IMG/VR virus record: IMGVR_UViG_3300042691_042003
Coordinates: 1 to 64,000 of that record
Strand: one strand, 5' to 3'
DNA: 64,000 nt
Both the position numbers and the translations under genes were made by a program. The notes under the pieces are model-generated. The model did no database searches. It had not been told where the DNA came from and saw only the letters and a program-made list of their open reading frames with translations. Below, in pieces: positions 49,687-58,359 of this stretch; position 1 is the stretch's first letter; each line of letters starts with the position of its first letter.

Positions 49687-49779
49687 ATGAAATTTTTAAG
49701 AGCTATATTGAAAGTTTTTAAAAAGAGAGCGATAGAAGTTAAGAAAAATTTTGATAACGACATTCATCTTTTTATATAA
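49687..49779 (+). CDS. Unannotated 30-aa cationic amphipathic peptide
   Basis: MKFLRAILKVFKKRAIEVKKNFDNDIHLFI begins 2 nt after the upstream stop and fills the gap up to the next promoter. Confidence 0.4.
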   Translation: MKFLRAILKVFKKRAIEVKKNFDNDIHLFI

Positions 49780-49845
49780 ACTTTTTGTAATCAAGTACAT
49801 ATAATAATTAAATCAAGTAAATAAACGTAAATAAAGTAAAGTAGT
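49778..49845 (+). promoter_or_regulatory. Promoter and repetitive A-rich leader of the SSB gene
   Basis: CATATAAT at 49798; AATCAAGTA at 49789 and 49811; GTAAATAAA at 49817 and 49827. Confidence 0.5.
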
Positions 49846-50793
49846 ATGGAAAATTTCGACATTTTTAATCTAAGTATTGACAATTTTAAGTCAGAAGAAA
49901 AACAAGTTCAAAAAAGCAACGAATACAAAACAGATCCTAAATCTTCAAAAGATTCGATCTATCGTTCAATCGTTCGTTTCATCCCAAACATTAAAGATCC
50001 TAAAAAATCTATCATTAAGAAATTTTCTTATTGGTTAGAAGGAAACGATGGTGAAGGATTCTATGTAGATTGTCCTTCTTCAATCAACGAAAAAAGTATT
50101 ATCCAAGATACATTTTGGAAACTTTTTAAATCTGAATCAGCATTTGATAAAAAACAATCAGAACGAATCAAACGTAAAGAATATTATTATTCTTATGTTG
50201 AAATCGTTAAAGATCCACAAAATCCTGAACTCGAAGGAACTATTCAAATCTTTCGATATCCTAAAGCAGTTAAAAAACTTATCGATTCTCAACTACAACC
50301 TGAAGCAACTGAAATTGAAATGGGTGCAGAACCCGTAAATGTTTTCGATTTCTTTGAAGGGAAAGATTTTTCAATTAAAGTAACTTTGAAAGGCGGATAT
50401 TGGAATTATGACGAATGTAAATTCGCTTCTTCTAAATCTCCAATTACTGTTAAAGGTTCTAAGATGGAAAACAATGCAGAATGCCGTAAACAAATTCTTG
50501 CAATGTACGAAGGTCTTCAACCGCTTGAAGGTTATGAATTTAAACCTTGGAACGATGATCAACGTGAACGAGTTTTCAAATTTATTTCTGATCTAACAGG
50601 AAGTAATCCAGGAAATGCTTATGCAAATACAACTAATTATTCTAAGCCTTCTCCTCCTCCGGTAGAATCACCTAAAGCAGAAAAAACTGAAACCGATAAA
50701 AGAATCGATGCATTTGAAAATGCAAGTAAAGATTCTGCAAAAGCAGCCGATAACGACATCGAAGATTGGTTGAAAGAATTTGATATTAAGTAA
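49846..50793 (+). CDS. Single-stranded DNA-binding protein, T4 gp32-like
   Basis: IVRFIP, YYSYVEIVKDPQNPELEGTIQIFRY, FDFFEGKDFSIKV, WNYDECKF, and an acidic C-terminal tail. Confidence 0.9.
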   Translation: MENFDIFNLSIDNFKSEEKQVQKSNEYKTDPKSSKDSIYRSIVRFIPNIKDPKKSIIKKFSYWLEGNDGEGFYVDCPSSINEKSIIQDTFWKLFKSESAFDKKQSERIKRKEYYYSYVEIVKDPQNPELEGTIQIFRYPKAVKKLIDSQLQPEATEIEMGAEPVNVFDFFEGKDFSIKVTLKGGYWNYDECKFASSKSPITVKGSKMENNAECRKQILAMYEGLQPLEGYEFKPWNDDQRERVFKFISDLTGSNPGNAYANTTNYSKPSPPPVESPKAEKTETDKRIDAFENASKDSAKAADNDIEDWLKEFDIK

Positions 50794-50807
50794 TAAATCT
50801 TTTTTGT

Positions 50808-50844
50808 AAAGGGCATCCATTGAATAAGTGGGTGCCTTTTATTT
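50808..50844 (+). terminator. Intrinsic terminator-like hairpin after the SSB gene
   Basis: AAAGGGCATCCA pairs with TGGGTGCCTTTT (two G-U pairs), followed by a T-rich run. Confidence 0.65.
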
Positions 50845-50851
50845 CATTACT

Positions 50852-51916
50852 ATGGAATTAAATACAACAAAAAAGGAAGAAATTATTTCTAGGGTTCAAC
50901 GAGTCCTCTTAGAAAGATTTGAAGGACCTAAGAAAGAAATCAGAATTTATCTAGATCGTCTGAATTTTGCTTGTCCTTATTGTGGTGATTCTAATGATCC
51001 TTATAAGAAACGAGCAAATCTGTATTGGAAAAATCTAATTTTTCATTGTTACAATGGTGGATGTACAAAAAGACATACAACCCTTGTAGATTTTCTAAAG
51101 GATAATAATCAATCGATAAGTTCAAAAGAAGATTTAGTTTTCTATCTTGATTATATTCGACAAAATCAAGTAGTAGTTCCGACAAAAGACTACATGGAAT
51201 TAGGTGTATTTGAAATAATGAACAAATATGCCATTCCTCTCGAAGATATTAAGAAAAAATTCAATCTTCTTCATCCTTCTGAAAATTTAAGGATCGAAAG
51301 ATACTTAAAAGGAAGATTTTTACATACTAGATTAGATTTTTTTCTTTATGATCCTAAAGAAGAACAACTTTATATTTTTAATCTAAGTCCTGATTTGAAA
51401 AGAACTTATGGATGGCAAATTCGAAATTTTAAACCGAATCGAACAAAATACATAAGTTATAATATTGAAAAAGCAAATCATTTGATTTACGATAAAAGGA
51501 TTGAAGCTTCCGATGATGAATTAATTAAAATGAATACATTAAGTATCTATTTTAATATTGCTTTAGTAGATTTTACAAAAACAGTAACAATATTCGAAGG
51601 ACCTATAGATTCTTTTCTTCATAAGAATTCAATTGCTCTATCAGGTGTTGACAAGCCAATTGAAATGTTCGATGAAATTACTACAGTCAGGTACTTCTTG
51701 GATAATGATCCTCCAGGAAGAAAAAAGATGGAATTCCTTCTAAAAAAGCGTAAATCGGTTTTTATGTGGAATAAAATTCTTAGAGACTTTAAAATTAGAG
51801 AAAACGTAAAAGATTATAACGATTTAATTAAGTACTGTTGGACTTACAAAAATAATGCAATACGAGAATTGGAAAAATATTTCACGGCAAATCCATTGGA
51901 TATCCGTTCTGTCTGA
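50852..51916 (+). CDS. DNA primase, T4 gp61-like
   Basis: Zn finger CPYCGDS...FHCYNGGC; TOPRIM IFEGPIDS and YFLDND. Start is ATG 50852, since the GTG at 50828 lies inside the hairpin. Confidence 0.9.
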   Translation: MELNTTKKEEIISRVQRVLLERFEGPKKEIRIYLDRLNFACPYCGDSNDPYKKRANLYWKNLIFHCYNGGCTKRHTTLVDFLKDNNQSISSKEDLVFYLDYIRQNQVVVPTKDYMELGVFEIMNKYAIPLEDIKKKFNLLHPSENLRIERYLKGRFLHTRLDFFLYDPKEEQLYIFNLSPDLKRTYGWQIRNFKPNRTKYISYNIEKANHLIYDKRIEASDDELIKMNTLSIYFNIALVDFTKTVTIFEGPIDSFLHKNSIALSGVDKPIEMFDEITTVRYFLDNDPPGRKKMEFLLKKRKSVFMWNKILRDFKIRENVKDYNDLIKYCWTYKNNAIRELEKYFTANPLDIRSV

Positions 51917-51917
51917 T

Positions 51918-52115
51918 ATGAATGAACAAGAAGAAAAATTTGAAGAAAGATTTCTAAAAGAAAATGATTATAGGTTAATCGTTGATTTTAACGAAGTGAA
52001 TCTAGAATTTTCAGGAAAACAAATGGAAATAGGAGACATAAAATATAAAAAGAAAAAAGTTTTAAAACAATCTACGATTGATTTAAAAAAGAAAAAAGAT
52101 TCAGATTTATTCTAA
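51918..52115 (+). CDS. Hypothetical protein (65 aa)
   Basis: ATG directly after the primase stop; coupled to the next gene (TAATG). Confidence 0.55.
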   Translation: MNEQEEKFEERFLKENDYRLIVDFNEVNLEFSGKQMEIGDIKYKKKKVLKQSTIDLKKKKDSDLF

Positions 52116-52561
52116 TGAGTGAAGAAGAGAAAAAAGTATCAGAATTAGAAGAAGCTCTAGAAAAAGAGAGAATAGATTATTCTGCTAAGATAGGTGATCT
52201 TTTTCCAATGATTAATAAGATCGATAGAATATCCGAAGCACAAGTTTTAATGCTTTCTTATCGACATATGTTAGTAGAAAAACTTGCTAAATATCGAGCT
52301 GCTAATTACAAAAAGAAATCTAACGATCAGAATTATCGTAAGATGAGATATGAATATTATAAAACTCAACATGATGTTCGTTTAGATTATCGTGAAATAA
52401 ACGAATTTATTAGTTCTGATATGTCTCTTCGAATTAGACAAACTGATCTTCTTGAAAGTCAAATGACATTCTATAGTCAATGTATTGATACTCTCGATAG
52501 AATGGGATTTGCAATCAAAAACCGTCTTCAAATTGAAGAAATAAATAAACATTTAATGTAA
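52115..52561 (+). CDS. uvsY: Recombination mediator, UvsY-like
   Basis: Helical 148-aa protein directly before UvsW, with YEYYK...EINEFISSD. Confidence 0.55.
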   Translation: MSEEEKKVSELEEALEKERIDYSAKIGDLFPMINKIDRISEAQVLMLSYRHMLVEKLAKYRAANYKKKSNDQNYRKMRYEYYKTQHDVRLDYREINEFISSDMSLRIRQTDLLESQMTFYSQCIDTLDRMGFAIKNRLQIEEINKHLM

Positions 52562-54078
52562 TGCAATGGGAACTCACACATAATGATAAGATTCTTACTC
52601 TGAATTCTGCTTCAGAAATGGAGTTAGAGCAGCTAAAAATAACATTTACTAAAGAAGCTGCTAATGCTCGTTGGGATCCTAGAGTAAAGAAAGGTTGGTG
52701 GGATGGAAAAATATCTTATCTAAAAGCAAATCGTTATTTACCTGCAGGTTTATGGCATGAGCTAGTTGATACTGCAAAACAATATAATTTTGAAATTTCT
52801 ATTGATGGAATTGAAAGAAAATTTGATAGAGAAATAGATAAAGATGAATTTGTTTCTTGGGTAGAAGAAAAATGGGCTAATTCTTCTAGAAAACCTAGAG
52901 ATTATCAAATAGAAACAGCTTTTCAAATTATTAAGTATAAAAGTTGTTTAGCAGAACTTGCTACTTCTGCAGGTAAAACTCTTATTATATTTATGGTTTT
53001 TTCTTATCTTTTAGAAAGATTAAAAGCTAAGAAAATTCTTATGATTGTTCCAACCGTAGATCTTGTCGTGCAATCAACCGAAGATTTCTATGAATATAAT
53101 ACTGAATCGGTAAATTTAAAGCTACAGATTCAACAGATATTCTCAGGATCAGTAATTAGAGATGGAGCTAATATAGTAATCGGAACTTATCAATCCCTTG
53201 TTAAGAAAGGAAAAGAATATTTTGATTCTTTTGATACTGTTGTAGTTGATGAAACTCATAAAGCAAAATCGACTTCTATTAAATCTATTCTTGAAAAATG
53301 TGAAGAAGCTGATAGAAAATTCGGTCTTTCAGGTACAATTCCAAAACCTGGAACATTAGATAGGCTAACTCTTATGGCTTACACAGGACCTATTATTACT
53401 TCTATTCGAGCAGATTTTCTTATTGAAAAAGGACATATCACACCTTGTGAAGTTCTTGCAATAGAAATGAATTATGCTCCTCAAGATGTTAGAGAAGGAT
53501 TTAGAACTCTTCATCAAAGATCCGAAGAAGACAGAAAGAAGCTACTTAATCTAGAACAAAATTATGCAATTCAATCGGAAGAAAGGCTAGAATTTATTAC
53601 AGATATGATTTTAAAAAATCATAAAAATTCACTCGTTCTTTTTTATCGAATTGATTATGGCAATAAGTTGTATAATAAACTTCGCCAAAAGACAAATCGA
53701 AGGATATTTTATATAGACGGAAGTACCGATAAAGATCTTAGAGAACATCAAAAAGAAAATCTCGAAGAAGGAGAACAAAAGATAATGATTGCTTCTTATG
53801 GTACATTTTCAACTGGAATTAACGTAACTAATATTCATACAATTTATCTTACAGAATCTTTCAAATCTGAAGTTATTATCCGTCAATCTATTGGTAGAGG
53901 TTTAAGAAAACATTCGGATAAAAAGAAACTTGTGATCGTAGATTTTATCGATGATTATCGAATAGGTCGTTACAATAATTATCTTTTTAAGCACGGACTT
54001 AGTCGACAAGAAATTTATACAGAACAGAATTTCCCCTTTCAGATTAAGTCTATAGACCTAGGAAGGATATATAACTAA
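52561..54078 (+). CDS. uvsW: SF2 DNA helicase, UvsW-like
   Basis: PRDYQ, ATSAGKT, VVVDETH, GLSGT, YGTFSTGIN, RQSIGRGLR. Confidence 0.92.
   Translation: MQWELTHNDKILTLNSASEMELEQLKITFTKEAANARWDPRVKKGWWDGKISYLKANRYLPAGLWHELVDTAKQYNFEISIDGIERKFDREIDKDEFVSWVEEKWANSSRKPRDYQIETAFQIIKYKSCLAELATSAGKTLIIFMVFSYLLERLKAKKILMIVPTVDLVVQSTEDFYEYNTESVNLKLQIQQIFSGSVIRDGANIVIGTYQSLVKKGKEYFDSFDTVVVDETHKAKSTSIKSILEKCEEADRKFGLSGTIPKPGTLDRLTLMAYTGPIITSIRADFLIEKGHITPCEVLAIEMNYAPQDVREGFRTLHQRSEEDRKKLLNLEQNYAIQSEERLEFITDMILKNHKNSLVLFYRIDYGNKLYNKLRQKTNRRIFYIDGSTDKDLREHQKENLEEGEQKIMIASYGTFSTGINVTNIHTIYLTESFKSEVIIRQSIGRGLRKHSDKKKLVIVDFIDDYRIGRYNNYLFKHGLSRQEIYTEQNFPFQIKSIDLGRIYN
54066..54073 (+). promoter_or_regulatory. 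GATATATA putative late promoter
   Basis: Recurrent motif at the end of uvsW, 20 nt before the next ATG. Confidence 0.5.
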
Positions 54079-54093
54079 AAATATTCTTTTAGA

Positions 54094-54321
54094 ATGGCCT
54101 TAATGAAGTTTAGAGCTTTTAATAAAATGATAAAAGAGATTAAAGCTCGAAAAGAATATGAGTCAAAAGCATCTACTTACAAAAAAATCTATTTAGAGAA
54201 GTTAAGCTCTTACGGAGTTAAGGATGCTTCTGAGCTATCGGATGAACAATTATCAGAATTCCTCGAAGGAATGAAATCTTATAGAAATGGCGGAAATATT
54301 AACCCTCAGAGAAGTCTTTAG
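54094..54321 (+). CDS. Small hypothetical protein (possible prohead core component)
   Basis: 75 aa, charged and helical; follows a late-type motif. Confidence 0.5.
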   Translation: MALMKFRAFNKMIKEIKARKEYESKASTYKKIYLEKLSSYGVKDASELSDEQLSEFLEGMKSYRNGGNINPQRSL

Positions 54322-55510
54322 GAAAGAAGGAATCGAATTTGTAGAAAAGCTATTTAGTAGCTATGTGATAATTAGCGAAAAGCTAAATGCAACTAGATTC
54401 GCATTCGAAAAAACCGAAGACGGAATTACTTTTTATAAAAAAGATGGAAAAATAAATTCGATTGAGAGAACTCTTAATCAAATTTTTGAATCACCAATAG
54501 CTTATATAGAAAATCTACCTAAATCCGTTATGGATAAAATCCCTAATGGATACAGATATGGTTTTAGATATTTTCATTCTTCTTCCCCTATAAATATCGA
54601 ATATGATAGGATTCCTCTTAATGGTTTAATCCTTACGGATATGATGAAAATATCTGATAGTCGTATTGTTGATGATCCTTCTATTGTTAATTCTATTGCT
54701 AAACTTTTAAAAGTAGAAAAACCTCCAATTATTTGGTATGGTAAGCTAGATGATCAGCAAAAAGAAAAGCTAAAAGATTATTTAAGAACTTCTGAAGATT
54801 CTCTTAAGAATAAATTTAAAACTGATTCTTTTACCAAATATATTATTTCTATTCTAAATCCTGGAATGAAAAAGACAGCTTTAAATAATGATGTAGAAAA
54901 GCCGATAGATTCAGTTGTTTTTAAGTTTATAGGAGAAAATGGAAAAGAAACTTTTTATGCTAAGACAGTAGATCCTATTATTCAACAGTTAAGTAAAACT
55001 AACGAAAAGGAAAGAGAGCCACAAGATATGTATGGTATAATTCTTTCTGACGTTATGGAATTTATGAAAATAAATGGATTAAGAAAATATTCAATTCCTT
55101 CAGGGGATTATGAAGAAAAATATCTTCACTTAATTTGTAAAATTTTCAACGATTATATTAAGAAAAGAGGGACTAAATATGAAGGTGTAGAAATTGATAA
55201 GAATTCTTTTAGATCTATTCCTCAATTCGATCTTAATTCAGGGTTTATTCCCGATTTACAAACAAGAGATCTTCTTTTTCAATCTAGAATAAATAAAAAC
55301 ATCTTTAAGATTATTCTTTCTTCTTTTTATCGACCGAAAAGAAAACCTACAGGATTTATTACACAAATGATGATTTCTGATCTTTCTGAATTAGTAGATA
55401 AAATAAAAGAAAAGATCGAAAATGTTGATCTTAAGACAGAAAGCAATGTGATGACTTTCGAACAATATTTATCAAATAAAAGAGAAAAATCTTTTAAGAT
55501 TAAAGATTGA
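54287..55510 (+). CDS. Degenerate RNA ligase 2-like (nucleotidyltransferase-fold) protein
   Basis: Motif I-like ISEKLNAT, YGFRY, PPIIWYGKL, motif IV-like IDSVVFKF and motif V-like AKTVDP, in the expected order. Confidence 0.5.
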   Translation: MAEILTLREVFRKEGIEFVEKLFSSYVIISEKLNATRFAFEKTEDGITFYKKDGKINSIERTLNQIFESPIAYIENLPKSVMDKIPNGYRYGFRYFHSSSPINIEYDRIPLNGLILTDMMKISDSRIVDDPSIVNSIAKLLKVEKPPIIWYGKLDDQQKEKLKDYLRTSEDSLKNKFKTDSFTKYIISILNPGMKKTALNNDVEKPIDSVVFKFIGENGKETFYAKTVDPIIQQLSKTNEKEREPQDMYGIILSDVMEFMKINGLRKYSIPSGDYEEKYLHLICKIFNDYIKKRGTKYEGVEIDKNSFRSIPQFDLNSGFIPDLQTRDLLFQSRINKNIFKIILSSFYRPKRKPTGFITQMMISDLSELVDKIKEKIENVDLKTESNVMTFEQYLSNKREKSFKIKD

Positions 55511-55516
55511 TAAATA
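55509..55516 (+). promoter_or_regulatory. GATAAATA putative late promoter
   Basis: Recurrent motif upstream of the second tagged-protein cluster. Confidence 0.5.
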
Positions 55517-55533
55517 TAAAAAAATAAAACGAA

Positions 55534-56028
55534 ATGTTTACTAAAGAATTTTTAGATTCTGTTTTAGAAAGTAGAGAATCTATTTCTATTTTAATTGAGG
55601 GAGAAATCCATACAATTTCTTCTACCGAATTTTTATCCGAATCGGATATTGAAAATATTGAAGAAATTTACGAAAGTGAAGAAGAAATTCTTGAAAGAGT
55701 TCAAATTAAAAGAAAATATGGAGAATATTCTTCTTATCAGGTAAATCGAGGTGCTCCTATTCGTAATAGAATTATTGAATTTGTAGGAAAAAGATTTGTT
55801 ACTGAAGACGAATTAAAGAATTTTCTAATTCGTTTAGAAGAGGAAAAAGGTTCTGCTATCGATCAAAGAAAATGGTTTTCTAGAAATCAAAAATACTTTG
55901 AATCTTTTCAAAATAGAGGTCAAAAAGTTTGGACACTTTCTAAATTTGGAAAAAGAGTTTTAGAATTTGTAGTTAAATCTGCACAACAAAAACAAATAAA
56001 TGAATCTGTAGGTTTATTTAAGTTTTAA
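55534..56028 (+). CDS. Hypothetical protein, possibly processed by the prohead protease
   Basis: Acidic N-terminal propeptide-like segment rich in (I/L/V)xE sites, followed by a basic helical domain. Confidence 0.5.
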   Translation: MFTKEFLDSVLESRESISILIEGEIHTISSTEFLSESDIENIEEIYESEEEILERVQIKRKYGEYSSYQVNRGAPIRNRIIEFVGKRFVTEDELKNFLIRLEEEKGSAIDQRKWFSRNQKYFESFQNRGQKVWTLSKFGKRVLEFVVKSAQQKQINESVGLFKF

Positions 56029-56029
56029 T

Positions 56030-56575
56030 ATGAAGAATATACCTGAATTTGAAGATTTTATTCGTGAAAATGCTTCTGAAGCATTTAAATATCATATGGA
56101 AAGAGGTTTAGGTATTACTGAATCAATTTTCCGTATTGGATCTGAAGCATATAATAAGCTTTTTGAAGAAACTAAAGAATGGTGGGATAAAGGAAATGTT
56201 ATTCTTAATGATAAAGAGGCTTGGATGGCAAAAAATCTTCAAATAGGTAAAAAAGCTAAATTTAAGACTGCTGATGGAAAAATGATAGATGTTGAATTAG
56301 ACACACCAACTAGAGGAGGTGAACGTAAATTTAAAGTTTATCATGATAGTGGCAAAAAAGATGAAGATGGAAATATCCTTGCTATGGAAATAGGTTGGGG
56401 ACAACCAGGAGTTTCTATTAAAAATGAAGATCCAGGAGCTGCAGCAAGTTATTGGAGTAGACAACAATGCGATTTGAAGAAAAGTATGGATCCTAAAACT
56501 GCTAAATTCTGGGCATGTTATGCTCCTTCTCTTTTCACTAAGCAAATCGGTTTAACTTCGGATAATCCTTGGTAA
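56030..56575 (+). CDS. Putative internal head protein
   Basis: N-terminal MKNIPEFEDFIRE; C-terminal basic domain with two Cys (RQQC...KFWAC), resembling a small conserved T4-like phage protein. Confidence 0.6.
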   Translation: MKNIPEFEDFIRENASEAFKYHMERGLGITESIFRIGSEAYNKLFEETKEWWDKGNVILNDKEAWMAKNLQIGKKAKFKTADGKMIDVELDTPTRGGERKFKVYHDSGKKDEDGNILAMEIGWGQPGVSIKNEDPGAAASYWSRQQCDLKKSMDPKTAKFWACYAPSLFTKQIGLTSDNPW

Positions 56576-56591
56576 TAAATTAAACTATAAA

Positions 56592-56855
56592 ATGAAAAAT
56601 CATATTCTTTCTTTTGAGGAATTCTTAAACGAATCCAATAAAATTTCACATTTCGGAATCGAATCTGCCGCAGTTCAATTAGCTCATTCTATGCCTAATC
56701 ATACAAAACCTGATGATAAAGGTAATTTTAGTGATGAACAAATAGAAAATGCAATCAAGAAATATAGTCCTATTCTTAAGCAACATTTAAGTTCTAGAAC
56801 AGGAATGAAAGAAGAAATTATTTCTAGAATTAAAAGCATTGTTAATGAATCTTGA
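56592..56855 (+). CDS. Putative internal head protein
   Basis: N-terminal MKNHILSFEEFLNE. Confidence 0.55.
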   Translation: MKNHILSFEEFLNESNKISHFGIESAAVQLAHSMPNHTKPDDKGNFSDEQIENAIKKYSPILKQHLSSRTGMKEEIISRIKSIVNES

Positions 56856-57118
56856 TGTATCCCTTCGAAGAAAGTAAACAATCAGAAAATACTTATATCA
56901 GAATCTTCTCTAAAGATACTGATGAGTATGATTTAAAATGGCATTGGGACGAAGAAGATAGAATAGTTCAATCTCTAGAAAAAACAGATTGGGAATTTCA
57001 ATTTGATAACGAATTACCGATCAGCTTCGATAAAGAAATTTTTATTCCTAAAGGAGTTATACATCGAATAATAAAAGGAACTGGAGATCTTAAATTAAAA
57101 GTAATTAAATATGATTAA
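56855..57118 (+). CDS. Small cupin-like protein
   Basis: LKWHWDEEDR...WEFQFDNELP...IFIPKGVIHRIIKG has cupin His motifs; start is ATG 56855. Confidence 0.6.
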   Translation: MYPFEESKQSENTYIRIFSKDTDEYDLKWHWDEEDRIVQSLEKTDWEFQFDNELPISFDKEIFIPKGVIHRIIKGTGDLKLKVIKYD

Positions 57119-57458
57119 ACGAATCCCTACATTTTCTGAATTTTTAAATGAAGCAGAAATTCCTTTTTCAATTGAAGGTCTTAGATTAGATAAGCTAAAA
57201 TGGGATGAAGATAATGATTTATCTAAAACTCTTAGAGATAAATTAGGTATAGATAATTCTAGAGTTTTTGTTGCAAGAGATGATTCTAGAGATAGAGAGT
57301 ATAAATTTGAATCTTGGGAAAATTCTTTTGGATATATAATCAGACTTAAAGAAGATAAAAAAATTATTTACGATAAAGTCTATCCTTCAGATTCTAAAAT
57401 TTACTACGATCAAGATTGCGAACTTATTTTAGGATCAAAAATAAAATTAAAGAAATGA
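57111..57458 (+). CDS. Putative internal head protein
   Basis: N-terminal MIKRIPTFSEFLNE. Confidence 0.55.
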   Translation: MIKRIPTFSEFLNEAEIPFSIEGLRLDKLKWDEDNDLSKTLRDKLGIDNSRVFVARDDSRDREYKFESWENSFGYIIRLKEDKKIIYDKVYPSDSKIYYDQDCELILGSKIKLKK

Positions 57459-57688
57459 AAAATTTTGAATCTTTTGATGAGTTCTTAAATGAAGCTACAA
57501 AAAGAACTCCTGATCAAGTAAATAAAGATTCCGAAAAAAGGATAAAAGAACAAATAACTCGTTATTCAGAATTGATGAAATCTAATCCAGAAAGAGCAAA
57601 TTTTTATAAAGCTCAATTAGATTTAGCTCATGCAAGAATGACAGTCCTTGCTTTGAAAAGAAAGGTTGATGCATTAAGATCAAAATAA
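57455..57688 (+). CDS. Putative internal head protein (helical)
   Basis: Real start is ATG 57455 (ATGA overlap): MKNFESFDEFLNE. Confidence 0.6.
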   Translation: MKNFESFDEFLNEATKRTPDQVNKDSEKRIKEQITRYSELMKSNPERANFYKAQLDLAHARMTVLALKRKVDALRSK

Positions 57689-57696
57689 TTTTAAAA

Positions 57697-58053
57697 ATGC
57701 CAGCAGTTTCTCAAGCACAACAACGTTTAATGGGTCAAGCTTATGCTTTGAAAAAAGGTGATCTTAAATCAGATAACCTTAATCCTAAATATGCAGATCA
57801 AATAAAAGATCTTGCAAGTAGTATGACTCTTAAACAGCTTAAAGATTATGCTGAAACTTCTAATGAAGATCTTCCAAAAAAGATTATAAAAGAAAATTCT
57901 CCACTTGCAACAGCTAGTTCTGTTAATGGTATGGGCCCTATTAGTTTACCCGTAGGAGATAAACCTGGCAGTGGAGATATTCCATTTCTTCTTCCTGCTA
58001 AAAAGAAGAAAAACTTTAAAAAGTTCTCTGAACTTATTAAAGCTAAACAATAA
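57697..58053 (+). CDS. DUF3008-like small protein
   Basis: N-terminal MPAVSQAQQRLMGQAYALKKG...TLKQLKDYAET resembles the DUF3008 pattern (recalled, not searched). Confidence 0.5.
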   Translation: MPAVSQAQQRLMGQAYALKKGDLKSDNLNPKYADQIKDLASSMTLKQLKDYAETSNEDLPKKIIKENSPLATASSVNGMGPISLPVGDKPGSGDIPFLLPAKKKKNFKKFSELIKAKQ

Positions 58054-58102
58054 GAGTTGCCTTAAAGGTTAGCGATTCTAATAAAAATTAAAAATATGGA
58101 CG

Positions 58103-58318
58103 GTGATCAACGAAAAGAAAGAAATACCTTTAAGGAAGAAGATGGCAACAGCCTCTTTGATTCTAGCTACGTTTTTCAACCCTCTTGGATTCGATGCCCT
58201 ATTTGCTTTAGTGATGAAGTGGACAAGCTCGTATTGGATTACGGATATTATCTTCTACACCCTTTCGCTCTCATTCTTTGGTCTATATTATTTGCTCTCA
58301 ATTTCATCTAAAAAATAA
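58103..58318 (+). CDS. Small two-TM membrane protein
   Basis: Two hydrophobic segments around NPLGFD and WITDIIFY; start (GTG or the later ATG of MATAS) is uncertain. Confidence 0.5.
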   Translation: MINEKKEIPLRKKMATASLILATFFNPLGFDALFALVMKWTSSYWITDIIFYTLSLSFFGLYYLLSISSKK

Positions 58319-58332
58319 TCTCTTATAGGAAT

Positions 58333-58343
58333 TTTCATATAAT
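58333..58343 (+). promoter_or_regulatory. TTTCATATAAT putative promoter box
   Basis: Third exact copy, upstream of the dUTPase operon. Confidence 0.55.
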
Positions 58344-58359
58344 AATTAAAAATTGAAAT

